A DNA stretch of 63,020 nucleotides, filler included, from Platydemus manokwari (lineage: Eukaryota): assembly GCA_037951405.1 (NCBI GenBank). It is 5 parts of 5 records of this genome, joined end to end, with 100 filler letters (N's around TTAATTAATTAA, not from the genome) between each part and the next. Parts side by side here need not be neighbours in the genome. Positions count along the whole stretch, not along the records: positions 40,850 to 53,755 come from JBBMOY011913608.1; positions 53,856 to 63,020 come from JBBMOY011289540.1; 3 more parts are not named here. One strand, given 5' to 3'. A program made the translations under genes and the position numbers. The notes under the pieces were generated by a model, which saw nothing but the letters and a program-made list of their open reading frames with translations, did not search any database and had not been told where the DNA came from. Positions 42,023 through 53,930 of this stretch are shown here, one piece after another. The first letter of the stretch is position 1. Every line of letters starts with the position of its first letter.

Positions 42023-43362
42023 TGGATTTATTCATATAATTATCGATTTGTAAAAAGATCTATCCATCGTATATAAAATAATCAGAATCATTCATGAAGA
42101 AATTAAATTTTTTTTTTCACTGAAGGAAAATATTTTAAAATTTCATTAAAATTAATTTCGAAAAACAAAGTGTTCTCAGACGTTCATATATAAATCAAGA
42201 GAAATATCAAATACAACTCTCAAATCGGATATTCGTTTCAATTTAAAAGGATTAGAAAATATACACAGTTTATTCAGCCTCAGTGATTCTCATTAAAGCA
42301 AGGCAGCCTTGCATTGTGGTCATTTAATTTCTAATCTCTGAACAATGTCGTGATGAAATGAAACCTTAGCAACGGCCTGTAGTGCATTCGGGAGCGCGTT
42401 GAAGAGGAAACATCCAGGTGGTCTTCGTGTCTAATTAACGACGTTGATTCTCATCAGTGAAGACAACGGGAGTCCGAGGAGATGGCGTATGCCACTCTCT
42501 CCTGGACACTGGACAACATAATCAATGAAGATAATTACTGAGGTGCATGAGTAGAAGTTCGTTTGTTTTTATGATACTAGGCATTGAAATTGTTGTAATT
42601 ATCATCTCAGTGAAGCTGTACTGAGCCGGTAAATGGGCACTGATCTTTTCTTCGATTTCCTGATTAAAATTAAAAATATAATGCTTTTTTGTGATTATAG
42701 TAGAAACCCGAAATTGCATTCGATTTTCACATATAGGATATTTTTTAATGGATTTTTAATTATTTAAGAACTATTGTTTGTATATTGTGAAATTGGATTT
42801 TTTGGAAATTTTTTGTTATATATTTTTTTTTATTTTTTTCAGAAAATTTTTTTGTTTTTTCTGTAATTATTGGATTTTATTGATTTTATTCAAGTGTCAT
42901 ACGTATGTCAGTGCCAATCGTCTAGTTTTAATAATAATTTTAATAATATTAGATATATAAATCATTTATTATTATTATAGAAGTAATAATTATAATTATT
43001 ATTTAGATCATTTAATCCTTTTATTCGAATACACATCAGTACTCCATAATTTTGAGGATTCTAAAAAAGACTTAATAATTGTAGTTTGTTTAAATAATTA
43101 GAGGATAAATCTTGTTTCTATGGCCTGGTTTTCTGAAATTAAACTGAAAAATATTTGATGAAAAAAAATTAAAATTTAATCAATTCACAGTCGATACGAT
43201 TTGTTTTAATGATTGTCATTTATTCTAATACAAACCAATTCAATTTCTCATGTTAATAAAACGGTTTCTTTATAAAAATAGATTATTAAAACAAAATATT
43301 AGTTGATACTGATTTTACAATCGATTTATATTACATTGATCTTGATTCCCATACCGGATTTG

Positions 43363-43376
43363 GTTGTCATAGGAAC
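43363..43376 (+). promoter_or_regulatory. X-box (RFX)-like motif
   Basis: GTTGTCATAGGAAC fits GTYNYY-AT-RGNAAC. No target gene identified. Confidence 0.25.
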
Positions 43377-44759
43377 GGGATTTATTTCAAAAAAATGAAT
43401 TTCTGTTCCACATTTTTTTAATGAAAATTTTAAAATATTTTTTTGCCAAGATCTCGCAGAAAAAAAATTTTAGAAAATTTATTATAAATCATAAATCAAA
43501 ATGGTTAATATTAATTCTGAATTCATTTCTAGAAATATTGGGTAAATCAATATAAATGGGCGAAAAAAATCATTTTTAGAAAATTCTTAGAAACGATATT
43601 AATAGTATCTCTTTACGTTTATTTCCTTTTCGTTATGGGTATCATTATTGAAGAAATAATTTCTTTATTCTGTTCTTTATTGGCCCAATGCCTAATGAGA
43701 TAATTTTGCAATCCGTGACATAATTATTTCCTGTTTTCCTTGTGAAATCTATATTTTTATATGTCGTGAAAAAAGTTTTAATAACGAAGAATCGTTTTTA
43801 ATATTTAATAATAACGGTTTACTGACAATAGTCAGTAGACGATTTCTGCAAACCTTTTAATAGAGTTTGTCGCTTAAATAATAATTAATGTTCTTATTAA
43901 TTTAAATTCATTTTAATTTTTATATCATAATGAAAATATTTTCCTCGAATTAAGTTATTTAGTTTAACTTAAATAATTTTTGTAAATAATTCTATTGTGT
44001 CCAGAAAAAAAGAACAGGTATATTTATTTTAAATATTTAACGTTTATTTTAAATTAAAAATCATGGTACTTAAAGACAGTTTTATGGATTCCTAAAATCA
44101 GTGGACTTCAAACTGAAACGATGTACTATAAAATTGGAAGAATTATGGATTTGTATTTATAACGGAAATTTCAATAAATAAAATCACTCTTAAAATTTTA
44201 TCCCGCATTACCACAAGCCAATATACAAGCAGCACATTAATCACATCGCCAAGTTCGGTAAAATATTAATTTTAAATTTTGTCGTTCATTTTATGATTGG
44301 ATGAAATTTAAAAATATTGTGTAAAAATCGATAATAATTTTTCGATAAAGGTTTATTATTTATTATAAAAATGTATTTCCCCTTCTTTTTATAATCGACT
44401 GAACAACAAATCCGGTTCCGTTGACCTTCACTTATCGGTTAGACGCATCACTCCTCGCCTATTCTGTTTTCATGTTGTGAATAAAGATAGATAACACAAA
44501 CATTGAATACTCGAACTTGTTGTGTTATATTGATTATTTTGATTCATTTCGATTTAAGGATATAAATAAATTATATATTGGTCATATTTATTCACTCTAA
44601 TTAATATCAATATAAAAATAAAATCCGCAAATTAAACGAATGGCAACCAAAATTTGAAAAAAGATTATTAAAAATGGGCACACACAGCCCGCAGGCAAAA
44701 ATTTAATAAGTTAACTTTAGCATTAAGATCGCTATTCTATGGAACCCAAAAAGATTGTG

Positions 44760-45010
44760 CAAAAAGTAGTCGCTAACACTACAAGGCTAATGCAGAGAGC
44801 ATTTTGTATGTATTCTGTCTGACCTTGACAATTATTTTATAATAATGTACAAAAAAAGCCAGTCCCACTAGAATGGAAAATATTTAAGTAATCAAAGATC
44901 CCCAAACCAATGAGGCAAGGCTATCATTGCAAACTTTGATCTTAGAGATCCATTACTCTGATTGGCTGTACATACAATTTGCTAAATGATTTAAATGATG
45001 CTCGATCTTG
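44760..45010 (+). mobile_element. Non-LTR retrotransposon (LINE) RT N-terminal fragment
   Basis: PVPLEWKIFK*SKIPKP..*RSITLIGCTYNLL resembles the P..WK....PIPK...YRPISL....KLL region of LINE ORF2. Confidence 0.65.
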
Positions 45011-45099
45011 ACTAACATTATCGATACTTGGGTGTTACCAGCTCTCTAAATCTTTACAATTCCACCGAATTTGTTTGCCGAACTTTCATTGATAATATA

Positions 45100-45272
45100 T
45101 GTGAGTCGCCACTATTTTATAAACCACCCATTGAAAAGTAACTGAAAAGTAACGACATAAAAGTATATTTAATTACAAATTCATTCAAAAAAAATAATAT
45201 ATAAAATCGGATTGTAAAATCTTTTAATTTTATTCTTTTAAAAATCACTCTTATCATTTTAAAATCATCACA
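45100..45272 (+). repeat. LTR-like repeat family, 5' fragment
   Basis: Starts TGTGAGTCGCCACTATTTTATAAAC. The internal AAAATCGGATTGTAAAATCTTTTAA matches 41347 onward. Confidence 0.75.
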
Positions 45273-46231
45273 ATGCCGAATCAATAATTAGCGATAATTT
45301 GGTCGAAAGTCTTGTCCCGTTAATTATTGCTCTATACATAAACATGCAAAATTTATTCTTTAAAATGGCAAAAGTTGTCCACCTCTAACATATTGTAACA
45401 AAATTGTATGTTTTGGAGATAACTACTAAAAATGACGACATGACTCACGAAACACGCACATAGAATAAATTGAAGCATCATATAAACGAGTGAAAGCAGT
45501 CACTATACGCCCAAAAATCTGGGTATAAAATTGTAGCTGAATCAAATTACATAAGGTCAAACAGCTTCAATTATTTCCAAGATATTTCAAGCCATGATGA
45601 GTAATTTATATTATCATTATTATTTATTAATTGATCTTTTAAAGTTCCCCACTTTCATTTTTTAAAGAGAGGCTTGTCCGGTCACCTATGTGGCATGCCC
45701 TTTATTGGTTTCTTGAGGTCACTGTACGTATACAGTAGAATTATACCTTATCTGCTAGTTATTATAAAATTATCTAAATCATATATATTTTATCGATTTG
45801 TCCCAATTTTTATTGATTGTAATACAATTAGTATTTATATTTTAAATATTATTTAATTATATTATCTATTGGTTATTTAGAAATTACAACTTTTACCTGT
45901 CAGAGTCCAGATAATTTAGTTAAAGATTCAATAATCCTTCTGACTCAATTTTATTTAAATTTATCACATTTTTAACATGAGTAGTGAAAACACGAGTTTA
46001 TGAAGTGTACTCACTCGAATTTCTTTTTATTATACACTCATAAAAAGGTTATAAAAATATTTACAAAGGAAATTGTAAACAATGCTAAATGCCATATATA
46101 CACCGAAAATTAGTGTTTATTTAGAAAGCCCAATATGACAATCAATCTCCAAATCGTAAGTGAGCAGATACCAATAACATTTTTAGTTGTCGTCAAATTC
46201 CGAAAAGTATCACAAATTATGAAGACTTAAG

Positions 46232-46378
46232 ATTCAGCACACTAACAACAAAAGTGTGAAGTTTGACTGTCTATTGAGGTCAAGATTTGCTGATCAATAA
46301 GACTTAAGGACATCGAGCAGTAAATCTTGACCCCAATGGACAGTCGAACTTCACACCTTTGTTGTTAGGGTGCTGAAT
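46232..46378. mobile_element. Fold-back MITE-like palindrome (61-bp arms, ~25-nt spacer)
   Basis: Arms 46232-46292 and 46318-46378 are reverse complements with 6 mismatches. The left flank TTAA(G) and the reverse-complemented right flank ATAA(C) hint at a TTAA target. Confidence 0.8.
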
Positions 46379-47286
46379 GTTATTGAATAACTACCAATGA
46401 ACCAGTCTTGAAGAAATTAGAATTCAACCAGGAGGCCATCAACAGATTTGCCAAAATGTATAATGTCTAATGTTAAGACAAGTTTGCTCTACTGTGAATT
46501 CCTTCTCGAGAAAAGAAGCGCAACAGAAATAGGAATTCAAAATGATAATGGAGACATTGATGCAGAATATAGCTACGATTCAGACCAAAAATTGAGTTGA
46601 TGAAAGACTCCAACCAAACATTGAGGGATAAGCTAAACTGAAAGCATCTTACTTATATATCATAATCTTTAGTGGATGTAGTAGTGTCGATCGAAGAGTT
46701 CCATTCCGCAGTATGAAAATTTTGAATGTGTCTGGAAAAATCACAAATAAGTAAATTGTGAGTACTGACATAAACTTCGGAAAGTCTCAATGTATCGCCT
46801 GGAAAGTTTAGTTTTTTTAATCCTAACTTGTCAAAGTAATTTTAAATGCTAATATTTATATAATTATTAGTCATTTTATATTTTTATATTTAATTTTTTG
46901 AGGATATATTCTTCTTGGATTAAGAAAATAAAATTTTTGCGTAATGATCCCAATAGTAGTACACTATTTAGTTGTGTCGTTTAGTTGAGCTAATACAGTT
47001 AATTCTTCTTTGTCATCTTGTTTCTCATAAAACCCTTTAATTGTAATGATAGTGATTAGCGGTTTTCCTTAATTTGTCTTTAGTTAATATAATCATGATA
47101 TGAAAAAAATTTTAATTTTCACTAACAAATCATGAATGCAAAGAATTAAATCAAAAATATATTTATTATAAAATATTATTCAAATTATTTTATTGTTTTT
47201 ATATATCAAATAAACTTAATCGGAGTGGTATTTTTTTAATTGAAATATCTTTACATCCTGATTATTATAGATTTTCATATGATACA

Positions 47287-48860
47287 ATGTCAGAAGATCA
47301 TTTGGGCTTTCTCAAAGCTGAAATAAGCAGACTAAGCAATTTAAAACTGTCTTCAAGACCGTTCCAAATATTCGAAGAAGCATGTACCAATTTAAATTTT
47401 GAATTTAACAAACATATCCGTGAAGATTTATCTAATTTATACTTGTATTCATGTCACGTTGTACTAATTAACAGATTTTTTCTCAGTGGCACCGGTCAAA
47501 CATGGGAAGATGCTTATGATAATGCAATTAAAGTTTAAATCTCTCTGAATTCCGAATTTAATTTGAAATGTATTCTTTTTTCTAGCCACTGAAAAATAAA
47601 ATGGATCGCGATTTGTTTTTCGACAAAGTTGAAGAAAGCATATCCAACATTGATTTGAGTGAAAAGTTTACAAATATTTGCCAGAATTACTTTAGAAATC
47701 GAACCATAACCAAAGTGAATAAGATTAATTATGAGAACTTTAAAGAAGTATTGAAAAACGAACCATCGCATCAAATCAATTTGACGGAAGATTATCGAAC
47801 GATTAATGGGAATGAAGTCATTTGTTCGATTTTCATCAACAATGATCTATTGCTTCAACAAGCATGTGCTAAAGATCGCAAAACGGCTCTTGAAAATGCC
47901 TCGACGGCATTATTTGATTCATATTCGGTAAAGAATTTTGATTGGATTTCTAAGTTTCTATTTTGTGCAGATATTTCCCATCCAACAATCATCGGAAATT
48001 CAGTCCACCAAAGGAACATTTGACGAAAGGAAACTGATGACAGATTTGTGCAACCATCTGGACAACACTCCGAATTGCAAGAATTATTTCGAAACCATCA
48101 TAAATTTCGTGAAGAAACTCGATTTACGAGTGAATATCAGGTTCCGAGATGATGTTTCCAGTATTCAAATCAATGGCAAAACCATCGTCGAAGCGCACAA
48201 CAGAAACGAGTACACCGCCTACATCAGGCTGTGTCAAAAGCTGGTTGAAAAGATTATGCAAGTAATCGATTTTCTTTCGGTGAATTATCTGATCCCGGTT
48301 AAAGAGCAAGCCCCGTGGTCCTCCATTTAAGCCAAATCAGCCTCGAATTATCACGAAAAAACCCGTTCAGGTGAGTTGATCGATAAATTTTCAGTGATAA
48401 ATGTCGAAAGATTTTGGATTATTTGGCCGAAAATTGTGAGTCTGATGACAAATAATGACGAAATCACCACCGACCAATAACAGTCATCCAATGACTCACT
48501 CACACGCATGCACGCACACACACAAATCGATTGCACTATGGACTCATTAATAATCATTTACGTTGTCAGGTGACTCAAATCACGAATCTTTCCGAAAAGG
48601 AATTGAAAATTAAATTGACGACAATCGCTGGAAATGCTCAGAAGGAACGGCGGTCAAATGAAAACCGTTCGCATTGGTCTATTTTAAATGGATTATTTTT
48701 CACTAACAAATTACAAATCGAGCCGAAATACGAAGCGAAAAACAGTGGCTCAGTGTGCACTTTGAAATATTTTCAAATCGAGATTGTCAAAGCCGTTGGC
48801 GACACTTGTACCAAGTCACGCGAGTTGGCCGCTGAAAAATTTATTCAGGACTATACTTAG
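47287..48860 (+). CDS. Protein with four tandem divergent dsRBD-like domains, 411 aa; exons 47287-47532, 47586-47927, 47971-48261, 48305-48370, 48570-48860
   Basis: Four GT-AG introns (53, 43, 43 and 199 nt), all phase 0, join the ORFs into an open 1236-nt CDS ending in TAG, with AATAAA at ~48992. Each large exon ends in a dsRBD-like pattern: CHVVLINRFFLSGTGQTWEDAYDNA; CSIFINNDLLLQQACAKDRKTALENA; IQINGKTIVEAHNRNEYTAYIRL; CTLKYFQIEIVKAVGDTCTKSRELAAEKF. An extra upstream exon is possible (acceptor at 47270). Confidence 0.85.
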
Positions 48861-49111
48861 ATGAATTATTGATTGACTCCTAGATTTTAATACATTTTCC
48901 ATTGACGATTTATCGTAGAGAACGTTCAGAGTGATAATCGATATGTTTTTACTTCTTAATTTTTGGAAATATTTCTCCGTTTTTTGTAACAAATAAAATT
49001 GGGTTTGTGATTTATTTATACGGCTGGTATTCGAATAGGTACGCTAAACGGGATTGACATTTGATATTCGAAAAACTGGCCGGAAACGGTATATTTGATT
49101 TTACTCTAGAT

Positions 49112-49491
49112 CAGTGGTTCTCAAATCCGGGGTCGCGACCCAAAATGAGGTCCGCAAGCATTTTTAAAAGTGTCACCGAAATATGGTAAGTGTACAAATC
49201 ATTATATGTAAAAAAAATCGGGTTTTATAATGCTGTTTAATAAATAATTTGTGATGCTGATTAAACTACTTCGGTTCACAGTTAAGTATTTTATACGTAA
49301 TGTTATTATCTGATAATCTTATTATTATAGATAATTCATTATTTGTGTTGTAAATCAATAAAATATTGCAAATGGGTTTTATTAAATATGGTGAGTTATG
49401 ACTTATTTTTAATAATATTGATTTTCTTTAGGGTCGCCAAGATCTTAAAAATGTGAAAATGGGTCACCATAGAAAAAAGGGTGAGTAGTTG
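49112..49491 (+). mobile_element. Non-autonomous hAT (Charlie/Buster-like) element
   Basis: Left TIR CAGTGGTTCTCAAA preceded by an NTCTAGAN-type target (CTCTAGAT), GGGTCGC subterminal repeats, and a degenerate right end AAAAGGGTGAGTAGTTG. Confidence 0.75.
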
Positions 49492-49669
49492 ATATAAAAG
49501 CATTTTACTTTAGGATCTTCCAGTAAAATACTGGGCATATAGGGAATCCTGATCTTTGACTCTGTATGGTCTTTTATCGTGCGATTCCGTATATAACAAT
49601 TGATGTAACGTGTAACTTCGTCTTCAATAATATGTTTTTGTGGCAGTGTTGATTGTGACAGTGATGAAT

Positions 49670-49870
49670 CACTCGCAGATATTCTCTGTGATTAAATTTA
49701 ATACCAGTGCATTTGTTGTTTTCTCTCTGGAATTTATTTATCGGAGGGAGATTCTCTCCGATTAAATTTATTATGCAGAGAAATATTCTGTCTGATTAAA
49801 TATAGTCGAGTGAATATTTTATTCGGTGACTGAATTTATGTGCCTGATAATAGGTGACAATTTATTTGTC
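49670..49870. repeat. Degenerate tandem repeat of about 33-38 bp (ATTCTCT..GATTAAATTTA core)
   Basis: Five to six imperfect copies, e.g. at 49681, 49751 and 49785. Confidence 0.55.
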
Positions 49871-51078
49871 GATGTTATTGCGCGATAATACATTGCATGA
49901 TCTTATTTTATAAATTAATTTATTATTTAGGGAATTTCAATGGATTTGTTCTAGGTGGGTTTTACTAATGTGATTATTTTACTTATTATTTTTATTAATT
50001 ATTTTTGCTAATACACTATTTTAAGCTAATTTTACTAAAATATTAAGATATAAAAATACATAATCATTGAATAAAAAAGGTGATAAAATTGTTACACATA
50101 TAATACGAATTGTCATGCATAAAAATAAAATTGTTATAAAACTTTTTATACAATATTACACAGGATTTTTGTCCTAATTAATTATTTGGTCAAAACCCCA
50201 ACAATTACAATAGGTCTAATATTACATCTGATATTACAATACGTACATTATTGTTCTATATCAGTCAAGAAATTTCAGACAGAACGATCTAGACATATTA
50301 GACTCAATCATATGAGGAATATTTTTAGAAAATTCCCTGCTAGCTGAAAATCAATAGTCATATATAAACAACAAAAATTTCTTGCTAAATTATAATTGTT
50401 CAATGTTACTTGAATTCGTTTCAAGTAATTTTATCTTGATTAAATTACTTATAATCAATTTTATTGTAATGAATTTATATGTTTCTACTTTAAATTGAAA
50501 TGGATTTATCCCAGTCCAACCATTCTATTAACTATTTTTAAACTAACTGTATTGACTTAGTTCAATCAAAGGGGTTACTGGGACATAAAGGCCCAATCCT
50601 CACCAAGTTACTCAACAACAACGATTTTCATAGCGAAGGCGCAGGAGACTGAATTAATAATTATACGAACAATAGAACACTAACAAACTTACATAAAAGC
50701 CTGGTTAATATTTCAACTAACCATTATTGCTTTATTTTGTTATTTATATCAGTTGTAATTGTTATAGTGTTAATTATATGTATTCTTAAAAGCATTTGTT
50801 GTTATTTTTGGATCTTTGAAATCAGGTAACACTTTAATTGCTGGTATTCTATATATGTATTCTAAACATTCTTATTACTAGAATTTTATAAAGTACCTAA
50901 GAACCAAACAATAGGAAAATTTTAAATCCTAAAAAATTCATAATTCGTTTATATTATTATTAAATGAAATTGTGTGTGATTTTATTAAATGATATTCTGT
51001 TTTCGTTTGGTGGTTTGCTATGAACCGTGGTTGGGCGCTATTTAATGAAATTTAACTGGTCCTAAAGGGGCTTCAACA

Positions 51079-52230
51079 ACTGGTATTGAAGACCAAGCTG
51101 TTGGAAAATAAATTTAATATATTGATTTTGAATTGTAGCACAGAGAATGCGAAGTCTCTCTGGGCCTAAAATAATATGGGATTTAAAACTCTATTTGCAG
51201 TCAATTCAATATATTAAGTTTATGATAGATTGATAAAACAATAAATCGGATACCCCTGATGACTTTGCAATTATTCAGTAATTATTTATACGATATAATG
51301 ACAACGCAAGTTTGGGGTTTTCAAAACGTTTATTTAGGAAAAGTGAATACGACAATTAGTATGAAAAAGCAAAAACAAAAGTTTAGCAAAATATCTCGTA
51401 CCTTGCCTCAGCGATTAACGAGTAATCCGGTTAACCGACGGAGATCTTAGTGACACGGAGAGATTAGTAATATATTTTATAAACTTAATAAACTCAATTA
51501 TTATAATGACATCAATAATGCTGCTTATTAAGTAAATTATTAACGTAAATGAATGTGATTAAAAAATGAACAAAATCGAAAGAACAACTCTTACTGTTGC
51601 TGTGAAAATTATCAGGTAAAAATCCAATCCGTGCAAGTTCCAAAACACTATTGCTTCGTTAGCGTAGGCAGATGTTGTTCTTGTAAAAAGTTCCAAGCTG
51701 TGAGTTACAACAATGTTGCTTCGTCTGTGATACTCTTCTCGTAAATTCTTCTGTAAAAATAATTAGATACTATCGCTAATGTACGAAGCCAACTTGAAAT
51801 CTTGGAATCTCCGTAAACTAAAATAACTGTCTGTTGTAGTGGTTGTGATCTTATGACCAACACCGCTATTTATATGCGTTGGCCGCGTCCACCCCCTCAC
51901 ACGGCTCTTCATGCCGATTTTTCTCATCCATTTTCACTATTTTTTCACACGCTTTGGAATCGTATTTTGAATGAATAACTAATGAATTTATCTTATTATT
52001 GACTCTTATTATCTGGTGAAATCAACTTTCTGATATTTATTATTATTCTTACTATCTTCCTTGTTATTATTTATTATCGTTTTTGTATTGCTTTAGTTAT
52101 TAAGTTATTAATTATTTAACTCGATATTATTTATTGTCCATTGGCTTATATTATTTATTATTTATTTAATTACATTATTTATTACTTATTTATCTCTCTC
52201 CGCATCTTTCACCTCCACCGGATTTTAACA
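51079..52230 (-). mobile_element. BEL/Pao-like 5' LTR (51099-52230, TGTT...AACA) with an adjacent primer-binding site
   Basis: The minus strand begins TGTTAAAATCCGG and ends TTTTCCAACA, followed after 3 nt by TGGTCTTCAATACC, resembling the TGGTCCTTCGA tRNA-Tyr PBS. An internal TATAAATA is at ~51868-51875. Confidence 0.55.
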
Positions 52231-53685
52231 TACTATCCAAAAAATAATAATAATAATAAAACACAAATAATAAATTGAACAACTAATACAGCACGCAAAG
52301 CACAAATGTTTATTAATCAGGTTGAACAAAAGAATAAAAGCATTTATTGTTATTGATCACGTTAAAGAGTTTATTGTTAATTTTGGATATTGCTGGTTTT
52401 CGAATATTGTTGGCATTGTTGGCTGGCTGTTGGTTTGATTTATCGGCAGCGGGTCAGTCTATACTCGGTGTCAATGTATATGTTTTTGGGATCATATTTG
52501 CAGGGTCTGTATATGTAGGGATACTTATGTTTTATGCGCTAGTGTATTTTATATACTCGATACACATGGATTATTTGCTGTGTGTACGCATGGGGTGTAT
52601 GGGGTGTATATCCGACATTATAAATAGTGAGCCAATCCAATTAGATTCACAATTAAATAGTCTCGGATAAATTTACTGAGTTATGGAAGTATTGAATTTG
52701 GTGGAAACGCTAAATTTGCATATTCATTGGGAAAGCTAAATATTAATATAAAGCTTATTACAAAAGATTTTTAAGTCGTGAAACTACATCGATTATCTAA
52801 TATATCATAAAATTTATGCTAGGTTAAAGTTTTTGAGGACGATTTTTTTTGATTAATCGCTGGTATAATTTTGAATATTATTGATAAAACTGTTCTTACT
52901 GTATGTTGGTAGTTGATATCGGTACGAATGTAAAAAAACTAAACCGTTATGTAAACAAAAATTTAACAATGAAATGTTAACAGTTTGGAATTGTAGAAAA
53001 CATATATTAATTATTATCAGACTTATATTGCTCATGAGAACTGTCAACAATCGAATCAGGTCAACTTCGATCGATAAAATACAACCGCACTAACCGAATT
53101 TGATTGACTAGTACACAACAAATATCAATGTGCAAATCCAAAAGATTGCTTAATCTGTTACCTCTCAAAATTATTTTAGTAAAATGAATTCCAGGAGATC
53201 AGTCTATTATAAAAGAAAAAAGCAACAATATTTGATAATAAAAACCATGATTAACCCTTGACTTTTACCATCATTGCGAGTCACATTAACCATAGTCTTT
53301 CACTTTGATAAAGTTGACATTCATCTTACGGTTCCGACATTTACCTTACCACATTTCTTGAATTATGAATCTTTTAATACATTATTGTATGAAGTTTATC
53401 TTGATAAATGATAATGAAGTTTGACTTTGAATTGTAATAATAATAATTTTTATAATAATAACAGTGATGATAAATATGACAAAAAATTGATAATAACTCA
53501 ATAAATATCAAATCATAAAATAGTCTAAGGAACAATGCGACAACGAATTAAAAGAGTTCAAAAACTAAAAAAACATAGCGCAAAGAATCTATATAAAATA
53601 ACAATTAATAAAACAAAAAATGAATAATAAAATTGTGAGGTTTATTATATTAAAATATTATACTAAAATAAATATATCATATTAA

Positions 53686-53755
53686 TATTAGGTTGTCCCA
53701 TATGAAATGTCCGATTTTTATATATTGAACTTTAAATCAAAATTTTTTAAAAACT
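53686..53755 (+). mobile_element. mariner TIR running into an assembly gap
   Basis: Identical to 40676-40745. Confidence 0.8.
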
Positions 53756-53855
53756 NNNNNNNNNNNNNNNNNNNNNNNNNNNNNNNNNNNNNNNNNNNNT
53801 TAATTAATTAANNNNNNNNNNNNNNNNNNNNNNNNNNNNNNNNNNNNNNNNNNNN
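53756..53855. other. Assembly gap/linker
   Basis: N44-TTAATTAATTAA-N44. Confidence 0.98.
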
Positions 53856-53930
53856 TATGTTTAAATGATTTGGTAAAACAAAAACTTTAAACAACTAAAA
53901 AACATGAATAACTTTTGACTCAGCCTAATA
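53856..53930 (-). mobile_element. End of a second, different mariner/Tc1-like element
   Basis: The reverse complement reads TA-TTAGGCTGAGTCAAAAGTT, a mariner-like TIR that differs from the one on the other side of the gap. Confidence 0.5.

Noticed and set aside
42421-42464. Hammerhead-like CTGATGA within a hairpin on the minus strand
   Set aside because: Lacks the GAAA box and the NUH cleavage triplet.
48440-48470. CTGATGA...GAAA in the last intron of the dsRBD-like gene
   Set aside because: No stem II pairing and no workable stem I or III.
49670-49870. CRISPR-like repeat-spacer appearance (also 35080-35202)
   Set aside because: The repeats are degenerate with no unique spacers and no cas genes, in a eukaryotic context.
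52347-52670. 107-aa hydrophobic ORF resembling a membrane protein
   Set aside because: Non-ATG start in a T/G-skewed, repeat-like tract; hydrophobicity is compositional.
13149-53855. Recurring TTAATTAATTAA palindrome inside N runs
   Set aside because: Artificial scaffolding linker with an identical 100-nt design at four sites; not biological.
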